Shown here piece by piece: positions 63,146-64,000 of a DNA stretch of 64,000 nucleotides. How positions within the stretch are numbered: position 1 is the stretch's first letter; each line of letters starts with the position of its first letter. The notes beneath the pieces are model-generated. The model ran no database searches and had not been told where the DNA came from. It saw only the letters and a program-made list of their open reading frames with translations. Source of the DNA: Enoplolaimus lenunculus (lineage: Eukaryota); contig JASANG010002092.1 in NCBI GenBank assembly GCA_030248215.1, forward strand, positions 1-64,000, read 5' to 3'. A program made the translations under genes and the position numbers.

Positions 63146-63532
63146 TAGGGATGTGCCGATAACAAAATCTTGCCGATGCCAATTCTTATTTTCAAAATGT
63201 GCCGGACCGATGCCAATGCCGATTCCAGCCTTAGTGCATCATGTTTAAAGAAGATAGACTACTTATACTCTAACCACTATGAATGGTTATAATTTCATGA
63301 GATCGGTTCATTATGATTAATATTTTCAAACACAAACGCGAGAGATAACACTTTCTCTGATCAGGCGCACTGATATACGCCAAAAAGTGAAATTGATAGC
63401 ACTCCAACAGACCGTTATGCGCAAAATTATCGGCAAAGAATCTGCAATTCTTTATTTGCAGTGCCTATGTCGATACTCACGAAAAGTACCGATTATTACT
63501 GATGCCGATGCCGATTAATGGGCACATCCCTA
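63146..63532. mobile_element. hAT-type MITE
   Basis: TAGGGATGTGCC … GGCACATCCCTA, flanks TATATGAC / AGTATGAC (6/8), GCCGAT subterminal repeats. Confidence 0.85.
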
Positions 63533-64000
63533 AGTATGACTGTTGCTGGGCTCAATTTCAATGATCTCGATTGCAGATGAAAAGTGAAAGATACAGCCGG
63601 AACTTATTTTAAACAAAGTTAATCGTTTTAAACTGTGTGTTTAAATGTTTATATACGCAAGCAACTAAGTTTATCTTGGTGGCATATTAATTTTTAACAT
63701 CAGCTGTTTGAAGTTTACTGCTTGTTAAACGTTGTTGTTGTTGTGATTGGTGATGGTGGTGTAATTTTTTTACGTAATGTGTGACAGTAAATGTAGCATG
63801 ATTTTTATAAATGAAATGGATTTTCAGTAGTCTGAATGTTATTTAAGTTTAAATGTAATGTGTTTAGATGTTACGTACTGTACTATATCTTGTAATTATA
63901 GATTGAAATTTGATTGCATCATCGTAGCGTTTTACAGTTAAAAAGAATATATTGTATTAATCAGTAAACAAGGTTAGGTTTTTGTCTAGGTTGTTGGTGT

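Overview
AT-rich, intron-rich eukaryotic DNA, most likely from an early-branching (non-rhabditid) nematode: it has an UNC-115-type abLIM and TTAGGC-like repeats. Two host genes lie on the minus strand. One is unc-115/abLIM (4 LIM domains + villin headpiece, about 756 aa, one GC-AG intron). The other is a GPR180/TMEM145-family membrane protein (about 605 aa). The first 4.1 kb is a near-perfect palindrome (14-bp spacer) at the 5' side of a Penelope-like retroelement (RT + GIY-YIG, Naiad-like, ending in (TA)n), which is preceded by an unexplained Asn/Ser/Pro-rich ORF. The most striking signal is at 49.3-51.4 kb and 55.2-59.6 kb: two related families of miniature LTR retrotransposons (TRIM architecture: TG..CA LTRs, PBS, PPT, about 100-bp interior, 5-bp TSD in the best copy). 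Their LTRs each carry a tRNA-like Pol III unit. In one family the PBS is complementary to the predicted CCA-tailed 3' end of that LTR-borne tRNA-like RNA, suggesting a self-encoded primer. Also present are a decayed PHD-EN-RT LINE nested in one of these LTRs, many hAT-type and TA-target MITEs, and a minisatellite built of CDE-CHR-like motifs. All calls are by eye; no database searches were run.
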